From assembly GCA_964016885.1 (NCBI GenBank), contig CAXHJY010001327.1:1-64000 (forward strand): a DNA stretch of 64,000 nucleotides, in the 5' to 3' direction. The notes beneath the pieces were generated by a model, which was given only the letters and a program-made list of their open reading frames with translations, made no database searches and was not told the DNA's origin. This document shows, in pieces, positions 13,887 through 29,820 of this stretch (position 1 is its first letter; every line of letters starts with the position of its first letter). A program made the translations under genes and the position numbers. The stretch comes from Eledone cirrhosa (taxonomy: Eukaryota).

Positions 13887-14144
13887 TATACATATATATA
13901 TATACATATATATACATATATATATTTATAAGTCGTTTGGAAGCCTCGACAATGCAAATGGGTAAATCTCCGGGTAACAGGGTCCGGTGTAGGAGAGAAA
14001 GAGATATGTAAGTGGGTGTACGTTGAGATGCGTGGTGTGTATAAGGTGTGTGAGATGTGTATACACGTATATATATATATATATACACGTATATATATAT
14101 ATATATATACATGTATATATATATATATATATACATGTATATAT

Positions 14145-16874
14145 TCAGGTTTGAGGTTCACCACTGTATAGAGCTGGTCTATTCCGTATGGTCAATCGTA
14201 ATGCAATAATATAGAGAGTACTCAACGTAAAGCAGTTCAACCGTCTTTGTTTTTGTAGTTGGTGGTGCTATTACGGAGTTAAATATTATAATGAAATGAC
14301 AGGAGGCTGGATTTGTGTAAATCCTTGAAAGGTTTATTATACTCTGATCATTTCAATGACCGGGTTCCGTATGAATCCGGTGATATCATCAGGTATTCGA
14401 AATATAATACGTGAATGTAATAGGTAAAATCCATGGGGCTGAAAATCGAGGACTCGAGGGCGACCGCTATTCTGTTCCTTCAACCTCAGCCGGTCGCCCT
14501 GGAGTGACGTGGCTAAAGTTTATAGTATGCTACTACCGGTCAGATAAACGAAAACAGAAAGGGATGGGAGCATAAGTTAACGTCGATCTCATGGCACAAG
14601 GTAAAAGAAAGAAAGAAAGGAAGGAGAGAGTAGAAGGGGGAAGAAAGAAGAAGAGAAGCCAGGGTTAATGTCAGCTAAAAGAAGAAAGGCAACTACTACC
14701 GGTCAGATATAGGCAAGCAAGAGGGGGAAGGAAGATAAGTCTGCGGGAGGAAGACAGGAAGAGGGGAGAAGAGAAGGAAGAGAAGAGAGAAGTAGAAAAG
14801 TAAGGGTTGATGGCTACAAGAAGGAAGATAGAAAGAAAGAGGAAGAAAGGTTGATATTAATGTCAGACCACAGTCAAGCCAGGAGTGGCACGAGAAAATG
14901 TTCACAGGGACCCGCATCTTAGCAGAGATGAATATATTGGGAGTCGGTGTGTTACAGTGTTTAGACTTCTAGGATGAAATTTAAAAAAATTAATAATCAA
15001 TATTAAAGAGGTTAGAAAATTTAAAGTTCAACAGTTTAACATTTAATTATATAATAGTTCCGATTTGTTCTGTAATTTAAAGGTACTATGTGGCGGTTAA
15101 AACACCGGCCGCGCCCCGGGCCCCATGGCGAATTAAGCCACGCCGAGTATTTTCATTTACTGAAAGAAGGGGAAATTTATTTTTCCAAGCACTCCAGGTA
15201 AGCTCGTTCGCCAGGGAGCTGGTCGTGCCGCCATTAAAACGCACCCAACAGTCCGACAGAAAGTTGGAACTTTAAAATTTTGCTTAGAGAAGTAAAAGAG
15301 TAATGGTTGATAGCTACAAGAAGGAAGATAGAAAGAGAGAGGAAGGAAGGTCGATATTAATGTCACACCACAGTCGGGCCAAGAGTGGCGCGACAAAATT
15401 TTCACAGGGACCCGCATCTTAGCAGAGGTGAATATATTGGGGGTCAGTGTGTTACAATGTTTAGACTTATAGGATGAAGTTAAAAAATTAATAATCAATA
15501 TTCCATATTAAAGAGGTTAGAAAATTTAAAGCTCAACAGTTTCAGGTTGATATATCTAATATTTCCGATTTGTTCTGTAATTTAAAGGTACTATTTGGCG
15601 GTTAAAACACCTGCCGCGCCCCGGGCCCCATGGCGAATTAAGCCACGCCGAGTATTTTCATTTACCGAAAGAAGGGGAAATTTATTTTTCCAAGCACTCC
15701 AGGTGAGCTCGTTCGCCAGGGAGCTGGTTGCGCCGCCGTTAAAACCCACCCAACAGTCCGACAGAAAGTTGGAACTTTAGAATTTTGCTTAACTCTATCG
15801 GATGAAGTTGAAAGAATTCAGAATAACATTATAAAACTAAGGAGTAAGAGGATTGAGAATTGAACAAACAGAAAATTGAAGATTAAACATTCAAATAACT
15901 TCTATGAGGTTTTGGGTTGCGGGGTTTAATTAAATAGAGTCTTTTATGAAGAAACGTTAATTGTATTATGTAGATCTGTAATTTATCCTGGTGGGATGTA
16001 GAGTACGGGATATAGTCGTGTAATGTTTAATTTTTGTTCTCAGGAGGAGACATTCTAGTGTCGTGTGCTAATGGGTACAGGTCCCAATATGAGGAGTAGA
16101 AATACATGGATACATAGTAGTGGAATACGTGGAAGAGCACATTGGTACAGCAGAGGTATAAATATATAAACATATCAATATATAGGTATAAACATGTAAA
16201 TAAACCAACAAGAGTGGTGTTGGAGTAAGATGGAGAAATCAAGACATAGGAGAATTACAATATAGTTCAGGTTGCAGTATTTAAGTTCCCGGGGGGGGGG
16301 GGGGGGGAGCAATCCTGTGTCGTGTGCTAATGGTGCACGCGAGTCAAAGTCCGAATAAGGGGAGTAAAAAGTACATGGATGTATAGAGGTAGAGTACGTG
16401 GAAAGACATTAATACAGCAAACAAAGATGTGAAGATATAGATAAACAAACAATAGTCGTTGTCTAGTAAATGTAGAGTTCAAGACACAGGAGAAATACAA
16501 TATAGTTCAGGTTGCGGTATTTATGTTCCCAGGGGGAGATATTCCAGTGACGTGTGCTAAGGGTACACGCGAGTAAAAGTCCGAATAAGGGAAGTAGAAA
16601 ATACATGGATGTATAGAGGTAGAATACGTGGAGGAGCATTAATACAGCAAATAAAGATGTAAAGATATAAATAAACAAACAAGAGTCGTTATCTATTAAA
16701 TGGAGGTCCTCGATTTTCAGCCCCATGGATTTTATCTATTACATTCACGTATTATATTTCGAATACCTGATGATATCACCGGATTCATACGGAACCCGGT
16801 CATTGAAATGATCATAGTATAATAAACCTTTCAAGGATTTACACAAATCCAGCCTCCTGTCATTTCATTATAAT
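14145..16874 (-). mobile_element. Non-coding PLE-like element with inverted hammerhead-containing terminal repeats
   Basis: ~14285-14453 is the reverse complement of ~16706-16874; internal direct repeats of ~500 bp (14800-15790) and ~240 bp (16020-16700); (TA)n on both sides; no RT ORF. Confidence 0.65.
16763..16820 (+). ncRNA. Type I hammerhead ribozyme
   Basis: atac CTGATGA tatc accgg..ccggt catt GAAA tgatc ATA gtat; the inverted copy at 14339-14396 has AGA instead of ATA at the cleavage triplet. Confidence 0.65.
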
Positions 16875-16875
16875 T

Positions 16876-17322
<447 letters not shown>

Positions 17323-17383
17323 TTCAGTCCAGAATTAGCCGTCGAAACGGCTTGAGCTCAGCTGTCGGGGTCTTACTGGTTCC

Positions 17384-17414
<31 letters not shown>

Positions 17415-17476
17415 ATATATATATATATTAATAGAGTAAAACAAAGAAGCCTTCAATACATCAAAAGTCTTTATTA

Positions 17477-17514
17477 GCCGACAATGTTTCGTCCTATTAA
17501 GGACTCATCAGGGC
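17477..17514 (-). ncRNA. Hammerhead ribozyme in the inverted 5' pLTR
   Basis: Reverse complement of 22142-22179. Confidence 0.8.
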
Positions 17515-17702
17515 AATTAAAACAACAAGAAGTAATATCGGCAGATACATTGAGCTATACCTTTTACTGTCATTTCTATAATACGAAGAGGGTGTTTAAC
17601 TCCAACACACTCCAGTATTTTAACCCTTGTCACTGCTCCCGATCGGTCGAGCTTCCTCATATATACTGGTATTTTGGCCTTTATATATATATATCTGACA
17701 GT

Positions 17703-20390
17703 ATGCTAACAAAGTGTTACCTGCCTTTATCTCTGAAGAATATTCCTACCCCCTCTAAGAATACTTACAAAAAACTATTGATAGCTAGTGTTAACTCCTT
17801 TGTAAAAAGGATTAGATGGTGTGCTTTCCACTATGATAATAATAAGAATAGGAAGGACCCCAGGAATAGAACTATTTTTAATAACTATGGCTTCAAAACT
17901 TATAAGAGCACACCACACAATATTCTGTTAGATAGTTTTGAAAGTGACTTACTCTCTCTTGTCAAAAATATTAGGTATAGGCCAAATAATAGACATAGAA
18001 ATTATAATAATTTTGATAAGTTCCAGTCTAGACTTAAAAATATTGTTAAGGGTTTCGGTGAGAATAAGTCCATTCTTGTCCCGGCGGATAAGACTAAAAA
18101 TCTATACTCCATGGATTATAGTGCTTACCGCGACTTTATTTATAAGGAGCTGCATAGAAACTATAAAAAAACTACACTTGAGAATTTGAACCACATCAAT
18201 AGTGATGGCCTTAGAATTGTCACTGACCTCGGCCTCGATAAGTATACCCAGCCATATTACCCTCGAGAACCGAGATTCACTCTTAAGGATCATAAGGTTG
18301 ATTTTATTAGTAATCCCTCTGTTAGACTCATCTGTCCTTCTAAGTCTGATATAGCCATTATCAGTAAAAAAATCCTTGACCTTATTATACCAGATGTTAG
18401 GGATAAGGTTAATTTTAACCTATGGGGGAACACTAAGGAAGTTATAGATTGGTTCTCCGGGATTAATAGACTTGAATCTAATAAGTTTATCCAATTCGAT
18501 ATTGATGCCTACTACACATCAATTTCACCCATCCTCCTCAATAAAGCTTTAATGTTGGCCATGAGAGTGTCCAGCCTTACACGATCACAGGTAGATATTA
18601 TACTAGCAGCCCGTAAAACTATTATTAAATTTGAGGACACATTTTGGACCCGTAAAAACACGCCCAACAATTTCGACGTTACAATGGGTTTGAGTGATTC
18701 GGCCCAGGTTACTGATCTTGTTGGGTTGTTCCTCCTTAATGAAATATATGCTACCTTCCCGCACCTTATAGGCGGACTATATCGTGATGATGCATTGTTT
18801 GTAATTAACTCTAGCACCAACAATGTAGAACATAATAAGAAGAAGCTTTATAAGTTTTTTAAAAGCTATAACCTTTCGATCACGATAGATAGAAATGATA
18901 GAGCGGTTAACTTTTTAGATGTGACTTTGGACTTGGTCACTAATAGTTTTAAACCCTTCCATAAGCCTAATGAAATACTTTCTTATGTTAGTCCCAATTC
19001 TAACCACCCCAAGTCTATGATAAGCTCTATAATTAAGGGTGTATCTAATAGGATTTCCACACTCTCTAAGGACGTAGGAACATTTAATGAACATGCGGAG
19101 TACTATAATAATGCCCTAGCAAATTCAGGTTACTCTAGTAAAATACACTATAATAATAGTAACCTTAGAAAGTCTCCGTCTACCTTTAGTAATAATAACA
19201 TAATATCACATAACATGGCCATGAATGTGAGTAGCAAACATAGTAACCGTAAAAATTATATAGGTGTATCTGAACCCACCCATAAGTTAACCCACCGAAC
19301 CCGTAATAGTGAATATAATACCTCTAGGAAACAAGTTGAACCCTCTGAGCGCTCACACATTGGTGATAATTTAGCTGGATCTTATTCTGATAATGTTGCT
19401 CCTACTGATCCTATCATTGGCCCTGATCCTTATGATGGGATTCCGGACAGCAGCAGATCTACTGGAGGTAGAAACTGTAATAGACTTAATGAAATTTTGG
19501 CTTATTCTATGAATGTGGCTTTAACTAATCCTTGTAGTAACCCTAGTCTCGATGGTGGGATACTCGATAATGGTAGAGTCGGTAAGAATAAAAATAGAAG
19601 GCGATTAAACACTTATTTTAACCCGCCATATAATCAGGAAGTATCAACTAATATCCCTAGGTCTTTCTTCTCTATCTTAGAGAAAAATTTCCCCCCTTCT
19701 CATAAATACCATAGTATTTTTAATAAAAATGTTATTAAACTTTCATTCTCTACCACCCCTAATATTAGTTCTCATTTAGCTAGCACTAACAATAGGAAAA
19801 TTAGGGATGGATTCTCCTCTCTACATACTACTAGTCTGAACAGATCTGGCAATGCATTACCACCAGAACAGTCCTTATCTAATAGCAATCCTACGTGTAA
19901 TGCATCACCACTTGAGTCAACCAATAACACCCGGAAGTGCAATTGTAGAGTGAGTGCTAACTGCCCTTTAAACGGTAACTGCCTTTCTAAGAACATTGTC
20001 TATGCTTGCGAAGTTATAACTAATTCCTCTAATAGAACTTATATAGGCTCTACATCTAACACTTTTAAGACTAGGTTTAACTCTCATATCTCTAATTTCA
20101 AGCATGTTAAGTTTAAGAATTCTACTTCTTTAGCACATTATGTCTGGGATCTTAAGATAGCTAATATACCATATAGCCTTAACTGGCGTTTAGTAGCACG
20201 CTCTAACCACCTTTCTACACATACTAAGTTTTGTAATCTCTGTATCCTCGAGACACACTCTATAATCTTCTCTAGCGCATCTTTACTTAATAGAAAGTCT
20301 GAGATATTCTCTTCTTGCCCCCATGCTATTTCTAATTCATACTTTTATTATAAACCTAAACGTTCTAGTAGTACAAATTGTACCCATTAG
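17703..20390 (+). CDS. Penelope-like (Naiad-type) reverse transcriptase plus GIY-YIG endonuclease
   Basis: SLKNIP N-terminus, ADKT, FIQFDI, GLYRDDAL, NFLDVTLDL, YFNPPY, CNC..CPL..C, IVY..YIGST..R, CNLC; the track start at 17484 lies in the inverted pLTR, so ATG 17703 is preferred. Confidence 0.9.
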   Translation: MLTKCYLPLSLKNIPTPSKNTYKKLLIASVNSFVKRIRWCAFHYDNNKNRKDPRNRTIFNNYGFKTYKSTPHNILLDSFESDLLSLVKNIRYRPNNRHRNYNNFDKFQSRLKNIVKGFGENKSILVPADKTKNLYSMDYSAYRDFIYKELHRNYKKTTLENLNHINSDGLRIVTDLGLDKYTQPYYPREPRFTLKDHKVDFISNPSVRLICPSKSDIAIISKKILDLIIPDVRDKVNFNLWGNTKEVIDWFSGINRLESNKFIQFDIDAYYTSISPILLNKALMLAMRVSSLTRSQVDIILAARKTIIKFEDTFWTRKNTPNNFDVTMGLSDSAQVTDLVGLFLLNEIYATFPHLIGGLYRDDALFVINSSTNNVEHNKKKLYKFFKSYNLSITIDRNDRAVNFLDVTLDLVTNSFKPFHKPNEILSYVSPNSNHPKSMISSIIKGVSNRISTLSKDVGTFNEHAEYYNNALANSGYSSKIHYNNSNLRKSPSTFSNNNIISHNMAMNVSSKHSNRKNYIGVSEPTHKLTHRTRNSEYNTSRKQVEPSERSHIGDNLAGSYSDNVAPTDPIIGPDPYDGIPDSSRSTGGRNCNRLNEILAYSMNVALTNPCSNPSLDGGILDNGRVGKNKNRRRLNTYFNPPYNQEVSTNIPRSFFSILEKNFPPSHKYHSIFNKNVIKLSFSTTPNISSHLASTNNRKIRDGFSSLHTTSLNRSGNALPPEQSLSNSNPTCNASPLESTNNTRKCNCRVSANCPLNGNCLSKNIVYACEVITNSSNRTYIGSTSNTFKTRFNSHISNFKHVKFKNSTSLAHYVWDLKIANIPYSLNWRLVARSNHLSTHTKFCNLCILETHSIIFSSASLLNRKSEIFSSCPHAISNSYFYYKPKRSSSTNCTH

Positions 20391-22141
20391 CTGATATATT
20401 CCATTATTTATTTTTTAGTTTAGGTCCTTTTGTTTGCCAACATTATTGTTATCATCATTATTATAATTGGTTTTTGAGGACTCTTCATTCTAGATCTCAA
20501 TCTTTTGGCTACTGTACCACATCTATCTTCTTACGCATTAAATTTTCACTGTTACACCTTATGAATGTATATAAGATTATATATTTTACGCTATTTATTT
20601 TATTTTATTCTTATTTTTATCTTTATTCGGATTCTTCTTTGGAACCCCCCCCCCCCCCCATGCGCATAAACTATTGTCAACCCCTCCAAATTGACACTGA
20701 TTAGATTATATTTAAACCCCCCCTCTTTTACACTCCTTTCTATTATGTAATATAGTATATCGACTGTATTTTATGCCCCTTTGCATCCTCCATACATTTC
20801 TTCATTTCTGTCCCTATTAGCCTACCTTAATTCTGCTTAAGTCAGTTCTTTGGATATCGTTATGTATATGATAATAAAAAAATTTCATTCCTTTTTGTAA
20901 ACATTTGGAACGAAATATTAACGTTTATAAACTTTAATTACTTAAACTATAGCCAATATTATACTGCCTTATTGGATAGTTTAAATATTTTTAATATTAA
21001 TTTATCAAATAGGGTTTTCGAGTCATTTACAGGGGTTGTTTCCTTAGCTTTTACTTAACTACTTAACTGCATGTGAGACCTAAATGTATACGTTTGTTTT
21101 TGTTTTTTAATTTCCGGTTGATTCTATTTATTTATTCTATTCTATATTTTATATTTTATTTGTAATACTACTGTGCATTATATTTACTGTCTGGCACTTA
21201 CTCACTCATCCATATACATGTCTGTCTACCAACCTTGTAATTATAAGTAATTATATATTATATTGTATTAATTTATTTTATATAATATATTATATTATAT
21301 TGTATTTTTTATTGTAATATTGATCCTTATTACTTACCGTTAATTATATGTAACATTATGATATGTTAAACTTTATATATCTTGTAAGATGTTTGTACTT
21401 CTGTACCATCATAATTTTTTTGAGGTATTGTACAATTTATTTTTCCTCACCTACTCTGTAACCCAATATGAATCGATTTGTTAACTTGAGTACATTTATA
21501 TTGTTTATGATAAATGTTAGTACATTGTATATTGTAAATGTTATTATTATTATATTATTATTGTGACATCTATATTGTTTGTGTAAATTAACCGGAGATT
21601 ATCTATTCTATTATATTGTATTATATAGTATATAATTGTATTATTTATTATTATATGTGTTACTTATAATTATATCATATTATTACCTCATGTATATTGG
21701 GTAGATGTATTAGTATTATTATTATTATTATTTTCATTCCTATCATGCTTATTTTTATATTCAAATTCTTAATAAGGTTTAATTTGTGCAGTTGAAGATG
21801 GATGTGTGTATTGTTGTATGTGTGTACGTGTGCGCACATATATACATATGCATATTGTATCTTTTGATTTTTATTGTAATTTTAATGTTGGTAAAGGTAT
21901 ATTATAGTATATTATATTGTATTATATAAAATTCCTGCTCTATATAACCACCTTTGTTTAGCTCTAGTTTTTGCTTTGGACTATATTTGTAATATGGTTC
22001 TTAATGTTATATACATCCTTAGTAATTATTATCATATATTTATATTATATATTTTTTTGTAATACTTCAGTGTATGTACACTCCATATTCTTCGGAGCTT
22101 CCGGCTTGTATCTGCCGATATTACTTCTTGTTGTTTTAATT

Positions 22142-22179
22142 GCCCTGATGAGTCCTTAATAGGACGAAACATTGTCGGC
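22142..22179 (+). ncRNA. Minimal type I hammerhead ribozyme in the 3' pLTR
   Basis: gcc CTGATGA gtcct taat aggac GAAA catt GTC ggc. Confidence 0.88.
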
Positions 22180-22326
22180 TAATAAAGACTTTTGATGTAT
22201 TGAAGGCTTCTTTGTTTTACTCTCTTAATTTTTCGGCTCTGTTTAACTACATTGAGCTATACCTTTTACTGTCATTTCTTTAATACGAAGAGGGTGTTTA
22301 ACTCCAACACACTCCAGTATTTTAAC

Positions 22327-22390
<64 letters not shown>

Positions 22391-22479
22391 ATATATATAT
22401 ATACATATATATATATACATGTATATATATATATACATGTATATATATATATATACATGTATATATATATACATGTATA

Positions 22480-22518
<39 letters not shown>

Positions 22519-22554
22519 ATATATTTATATATACATGTATATATATATATATAT

Positions 22555-22585
<31 letters not shown>

Positions 22586-22721
22586 CATATATATACATGT
22601 ATATATATATATATATACATGTATATATATATATATATATACATGTATATATATATATATATATACATGTGTATATATATATATATATATACATGTATAT
22701 ATATATATATATATATACATG

Positions 22722-22788
<67 letters not shown>

Positions 22789-22852
22789 ATATATATATAT
22801 ATATACATGTGTATATATATATATATATACATGTGTATATATATATATATAT

Positions 22853-22890
<38 letters not shown>

Positions 22891-22909
22891 ATATATATAT
22901 ATATATATA

Positions 22910-24572
22910 TGGCGCCCCTGATGTCTTGGCGGCAATAAAGGAAATCAAGCATAATTCAGCAGTAGGTCCCGATAGGTTCCCTGCTTGTGTCTTGAAGGCG
23001 TGTCAACACCAACTTGCCAATCTGTGGCGGAACTCACTGGATGCTGGATATGTGCCAGAAAACCTTCTATCCCAGTCTGTTGTCCCAGTTTTCAAAAAGG
23101 GAAACAAATCCCTTGCCGTGAATTACCGTCCAATCTCACTCACCTCTCATATCATTAAGGTATTTGAGCGAGTGGTGAGATCGCGAATGACCCACTTCCT
23201 TGAGAGTAACAATATGCTGAACTCCAACCAGCATGGATTCCGTAATGGAAGGGATTGCCTGACGCAACTACTGCATCACTTTGATGACATTTTGAGAGCC
23301 TTGGGAGAGGGTTCCAACACTGATGTTATCTACCTTGATTTCAGCAAGGCCTTTGACAGGGTTGATCATAACATTCTACTGAGAAAGCTGTCCAATATTG
23401 GTGTCACTGGAAAGCTGCTGCAGTGGATCAAGAGCTTCCTGTCAAACAGAACCCAACATGTTGTAGTTGAGGGAGTCAAATCAAGCCCAGCCAAAGTCAG
23501 TAGTGGAGTCCCACAAGGCACTGTGTTGGGCCCACTTCTCTTCATCATCTATATTAATGACATCACTGACATCATCAAACACAGCAACATTAAAATTTTC
23601 GCTGATGATTCCAAGCTCCAAAAGGTCATCAATGGCGTGGATGACCGGATAAGCCTTCAGTCAGACCTACTGGCTGTTACCCAATGGGCAGAAAAGAACA
23701 ACATGTTACTGAACGAAGACAAATTCGAACTGATCCACTTTGGAAAAGAGGATGCTCTGAAACTCCCGTACTCCCTTCCCTCCGGGGAAACTCTCGTGGC
23801 ATCTAACAACATCAGAGACTTGGGAGTAACCGTGGACAGCAACATAAGCTGGACCACGCATATAAGCAGCAAAGTTGACATGGCCCGCAGAATGTGTTCC
23901 TGGATCCTCAGAACCTTCCAGTCGAGAGATTCCCGCACCATTATCCTTCTCTTCTCTACTTTCGCCCGACCACACCTTGAATACTGTTGTCCACTGTGGT
24001 CTCCCCACACGAAACAAAGTATCATGAAACTTGAAGCTCCTCAAAGGGCAATCACGAAAAAGATAGATGGCATGTCAGACCTTGACTACTGGGGTCGATT
24101 GGAAAACCTGAAACTTTACTCACTCCAACGTCGCCGTGAGCGTTATATTATCTGCATGATGTGGAAAATGTTCCATCATCACTGCCCAAATGATGTTGGC
24201 ATCGCCTTCAAGATACACCCAAGGCTTGGGCCCCGTGCTATCCGTCCCATTCAAAAATCTAAATCGCAACTCATAACAACAATACGGCACAATTATTTCA
24301 CCTCAATCGGCCCTGCTCTCTTCAACATCACACCAGGACACGTCAAAACAGAAACTGACCACACAAAATTCAAGAAGTCTTTGGACAAATTCCTCCAAGT
24401 AATCCCGGACAAACCACCCACACCCGGATATGTCTCCGCAAACAGTAATTCTCTTCTCGAATGGGCCATCGTGCCCAAATCCTGAATTGAAAGACTTCGC
24501 CAGGTGGTGCTATTAAGTTAGACATGGCCTGGGCCAATACTGGCCAAAACATTTCAAAGTTATTCAAAGTTA
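22910..24572 (+). mobile_element. 5'-truncated CR1/L2-group LINE, near-identical to 5157-6750
   Basis: Same RT peptide, stop at 24485, same tail; 12-bp deletion (QLASPLANL to QLANL). Confidence 0.92.
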
Positions 24573-24582
24573 TATATATATA

Positions 24583-26217
24583 TCATCATCATCATCATCA
24601 TCACCGTTTTACGTCCGTTCTTCCACGCTAGCATGGGTTAGACGGGTTGTCCTGTTGTGGGCAGTGTCTGGTCGGCTGACCATGCCTTGCTCATACAGGA
24701 ACTGATCTGGCTTGATTTCTACAGCTGGATGCCCTTCCTAACACCAACCTCATTTACAGTGAGTGCTGGGTGCTTTTTCGTGGCGCCTACACGTACACTT
24801 TACAGTGTGGGCTGGGTGCTTTTTTGCCGTGGCACCTCCACGACCACCTTGCGGTGGGGGGGGGGGCATATTGTTTATATGCTTCAGCATGTACCCATGG
24901 GAGGTCGGGTACCCTGTATTACTGCGTGACGCCAGAAGTCACGGTCGTGTGTCATTGACTTTGAGAGGTGTAGTTGGGTAAGGTCGGCTTTTATCACCTC
25001 AACCCAAGTCATCTTGGGTCTCCCCACTCCGCGGTTTCCATCAACTTCTAGTGCTCTGCACCTTTTTATGCAGCTGTCATCCTTCATACGCATCACATGT
25101 CCATACCAGCGTAACCGCCTCTCCTGCACGCAGCATTTGATTCCTCTTATGCTCAGTCTCTCTCTCAATTCATTTATGCTTTGTCGTTCACGTATATTAC
25201 TGTTACACATCCATCGGAGCATGCAGGCTTCGTTTCTCTCTAATCTACGTAAGTCTTCCACCTTCAGCGCCCAGGTCTCACTACCATGCAACATCGCTGT
25301 TCGGATACACGCATCATACAGTCTGCCTTTCATTCTGAGGGAGAAGCCTTTTGCAGCTAGCAGTGGTAGTAGTTCCCTAAACTTCTTCCATCCCGTTCTT
25401 ACCCTAGTTATTGTACTTTCTGAGCACCCACCTCCGTTGCTAATTCGGTCACCTAGGTAGCAGAAGCTGTCTACTGTTTCTACAGGGCCCTCCCAGAGAT
25501 TGGTGGTACTTGTTTCCTGTGGCTGTTTGCTTGCTGTTTCAGCACAGCTGCTGCATGTGAATCCTACATTCTTAATTAAGCTTCCTGAGATCCCGCTACA
25601 TCTCTTGTGTACCCATTGTTTGCATTTGGGGCAAAGAATGGAGTTCCTACCTACACCTTTCCTACATACTGAGCAAGGCCATTTCCCTGAGGGGATCTGG
25701 GTTCTGTTTTCTCGTCTACTTATAAGGACCTTAGTCTTTGTCATGTTGACTTTGAGGCCCTTTCTCTCTAGTCCCTGCTTCCAGGTTTGGAATTTATTCT
25801 CTAGTTCTACCATAGATTCAGCTATGAGTGCGAGGTCATCAGCATACAGGAGTTCCCATGGGCATCCGGTCTTAATTCCTCCGTTATTGCCTGCAGGACT
25901 ATGATGAACAGGAGAGGGCTAAGAACAGAGCCCTGGTGGACCCCAACCTGTACACTAAATTCCTCGCTATACTCATTGCCAATCCTAACTTTGCTGACTG
26001 CTCCCCTATACATGGCTTGTACCGCTTTCACAAGCCATTCATCTACTCCTAGTTTTCTAAGAGCCCACCAGATTACTGCACGTGGAACTCTGTCAAAGGC
26101 TTTCTCAAGGTCGACAAATGCCAAGTAGAGTGGCTTACTTTTAGCTAGGTACTTTTCCTGTAATTGCCTCACAAGGAAGAGGGCATCAGTGGTGCCTTTC
26201 CCTGGTACAAACCCATA
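24583..26217 (-). mobile_element. 5'-truncated RTE family A copy with one frameshift
   Basis: Near-identical to ~11637-13263; ORF split at ~25875. Confidence 0.93.
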
Positions 26218-26418
26218 CAATAAATATATACATGTATATATATATATGTATATATATATATACATGTATATATATATATATACATGTATATATATATACA
26301 TGTATATATTTATATATATATACATGTATATATATATACATGTATATATATATACATGTATATATTTATATATATATACATGTATATATATATACATGTA
26401 TATATATATACATGTATA

Positions 26419-26465
<47 letters not shown>

Positions 26466-26467
<2 letters not shown>

Positions 26468-27598
26468 CAAAGTATGGGTGCATAAAAGATGTAGTGGGAT
26501 CACAGGTAAGCTAACTAAGAACATAGATTTTACATGTGGCCGGTGCTCTGGTGCAATAAGTAGCAGCAAGTGCCCACAAAATACTAGCTCTTTCAATTGC
26601 GCAGAGGGTTCTATAGAAATAGTGGACAGCTTCCGTTACCTGGGCGATAAAATCAGCAGTGGGGGAGGGTGCTCTGAAAGTACTGTAGCTAGAGTCAGAA
26701 CTGGTTGGAAAAAGTTCAGAGAGCTTATACCACTATTAGTTGCTAAAGGGTTCTCACTAAAAATGAAAGGCAGGTTGTACGATGCCTGCATACGAACAGC
26801 AATGCTGCATGGCAGTGAGACCTGGGCATTGTGTGCAGAGGATATACGCAGACTAGAGAGGAACGAAGCTTGCATGCTCCGCTGGATGTGTAACAGTAAT
26901 ATACGTGAACGGCAAAGCATAAACGAACTAAGGAAAAAATTAGAGATAAGAGGGATCAGATGTTGTTTACTCGAGAGAAGGCTACGTTGGTATGGACACG
27001 TGATGCGCATGAAAGTCGATAGCTGTATAACAAAGTGCAGGGCAATAAAGATAGACGGTAGTCACGGAATAGGCAGACCTAGAAAAACCTGGGACGAGCT
27101 GATAAACTCCGACATCACACACTTACACCTCTCCAAGACAATGTCACTGGACCGAGACCTTTGGCGGTACTCAGTAACAGAGAAGACCCGCCTTACCTAA
27201 ATATATAGTAAAACCTACTCCAGCCAGTAGGCATCTCTAACAAAATACACCCCGTCCCACCACCCCCACCCCCACCCCGTCCACACCACCCCGTTCTATG
27301 TAAAGTTATGTTGGTGCCGCGCCATCGAGGCCGAAACAAATGAGATCGTGTAGGTGTCACGACAAAAAAACACACAGTCCACGCTGTAATGTGGCCGTGT
27401 AGGCAACACGGTAAAAACCTCCCAGACCCACACTGTAAATGTGGTTGGTGTTAGGAAGGGCATCCAACTGTAGAAAACCTGCCAGACAGTCCTATGCGAG
27501 CAAGACAATCACTCTTGCCTCAAGTGGGACTACCCCCGTCCAAACCCATGCAAGCGTGGAACACGGACGTTAAACGTTGATGATGATGATGATGATGA
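26466..27598 (+). mobile_element. 5'-truncated RTE family B
   Basis: [17 protein letters not shown] peptide, distinct 3'UTR, (GAT)n tail. Confidence 0.9.
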
Positions 27599-27660
27599 TA
27601 TATATATACATGTATATATATATATATATATATACATGTATATATATATATATATATATA

Positions 27661-27733
<73 letters not shown>

Positions 27734-27818
27734 ATATATTATGCTAGGGAAAGGATCAGGGGTGTATAACACTCCACTTATCCAGCAGGCAGTATGTATA
27801 TATGTATATATATATATA

Positions 27819-29820
<2,002 letters not shown>

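Larger units (their letters stand above)
17430..22330 (+). mobile_element. Apparently intact Penelope-like element (Naiad-type) with inverted 5' pLTR
   Basis: ~17434-17549 is the reverse complement of ~22108-22223; 17548-17628 is directly repeated at 22250-22330; RT+GIY-YIG ORF; (TA)n flanks. Confidence 0.9.

Noticed and set aside
17484-17702. N-terminal extension of the PLE ORF
   Set aside because: It starts inside the inverted pLTR, so it is probably a chance open frame
17703-20390. Selenoprotein-type Naiad (in-frame UGA plus SECIS)
   Set aside because: The ORF has no in-frame TGA and the conserved cysteines use normal codons
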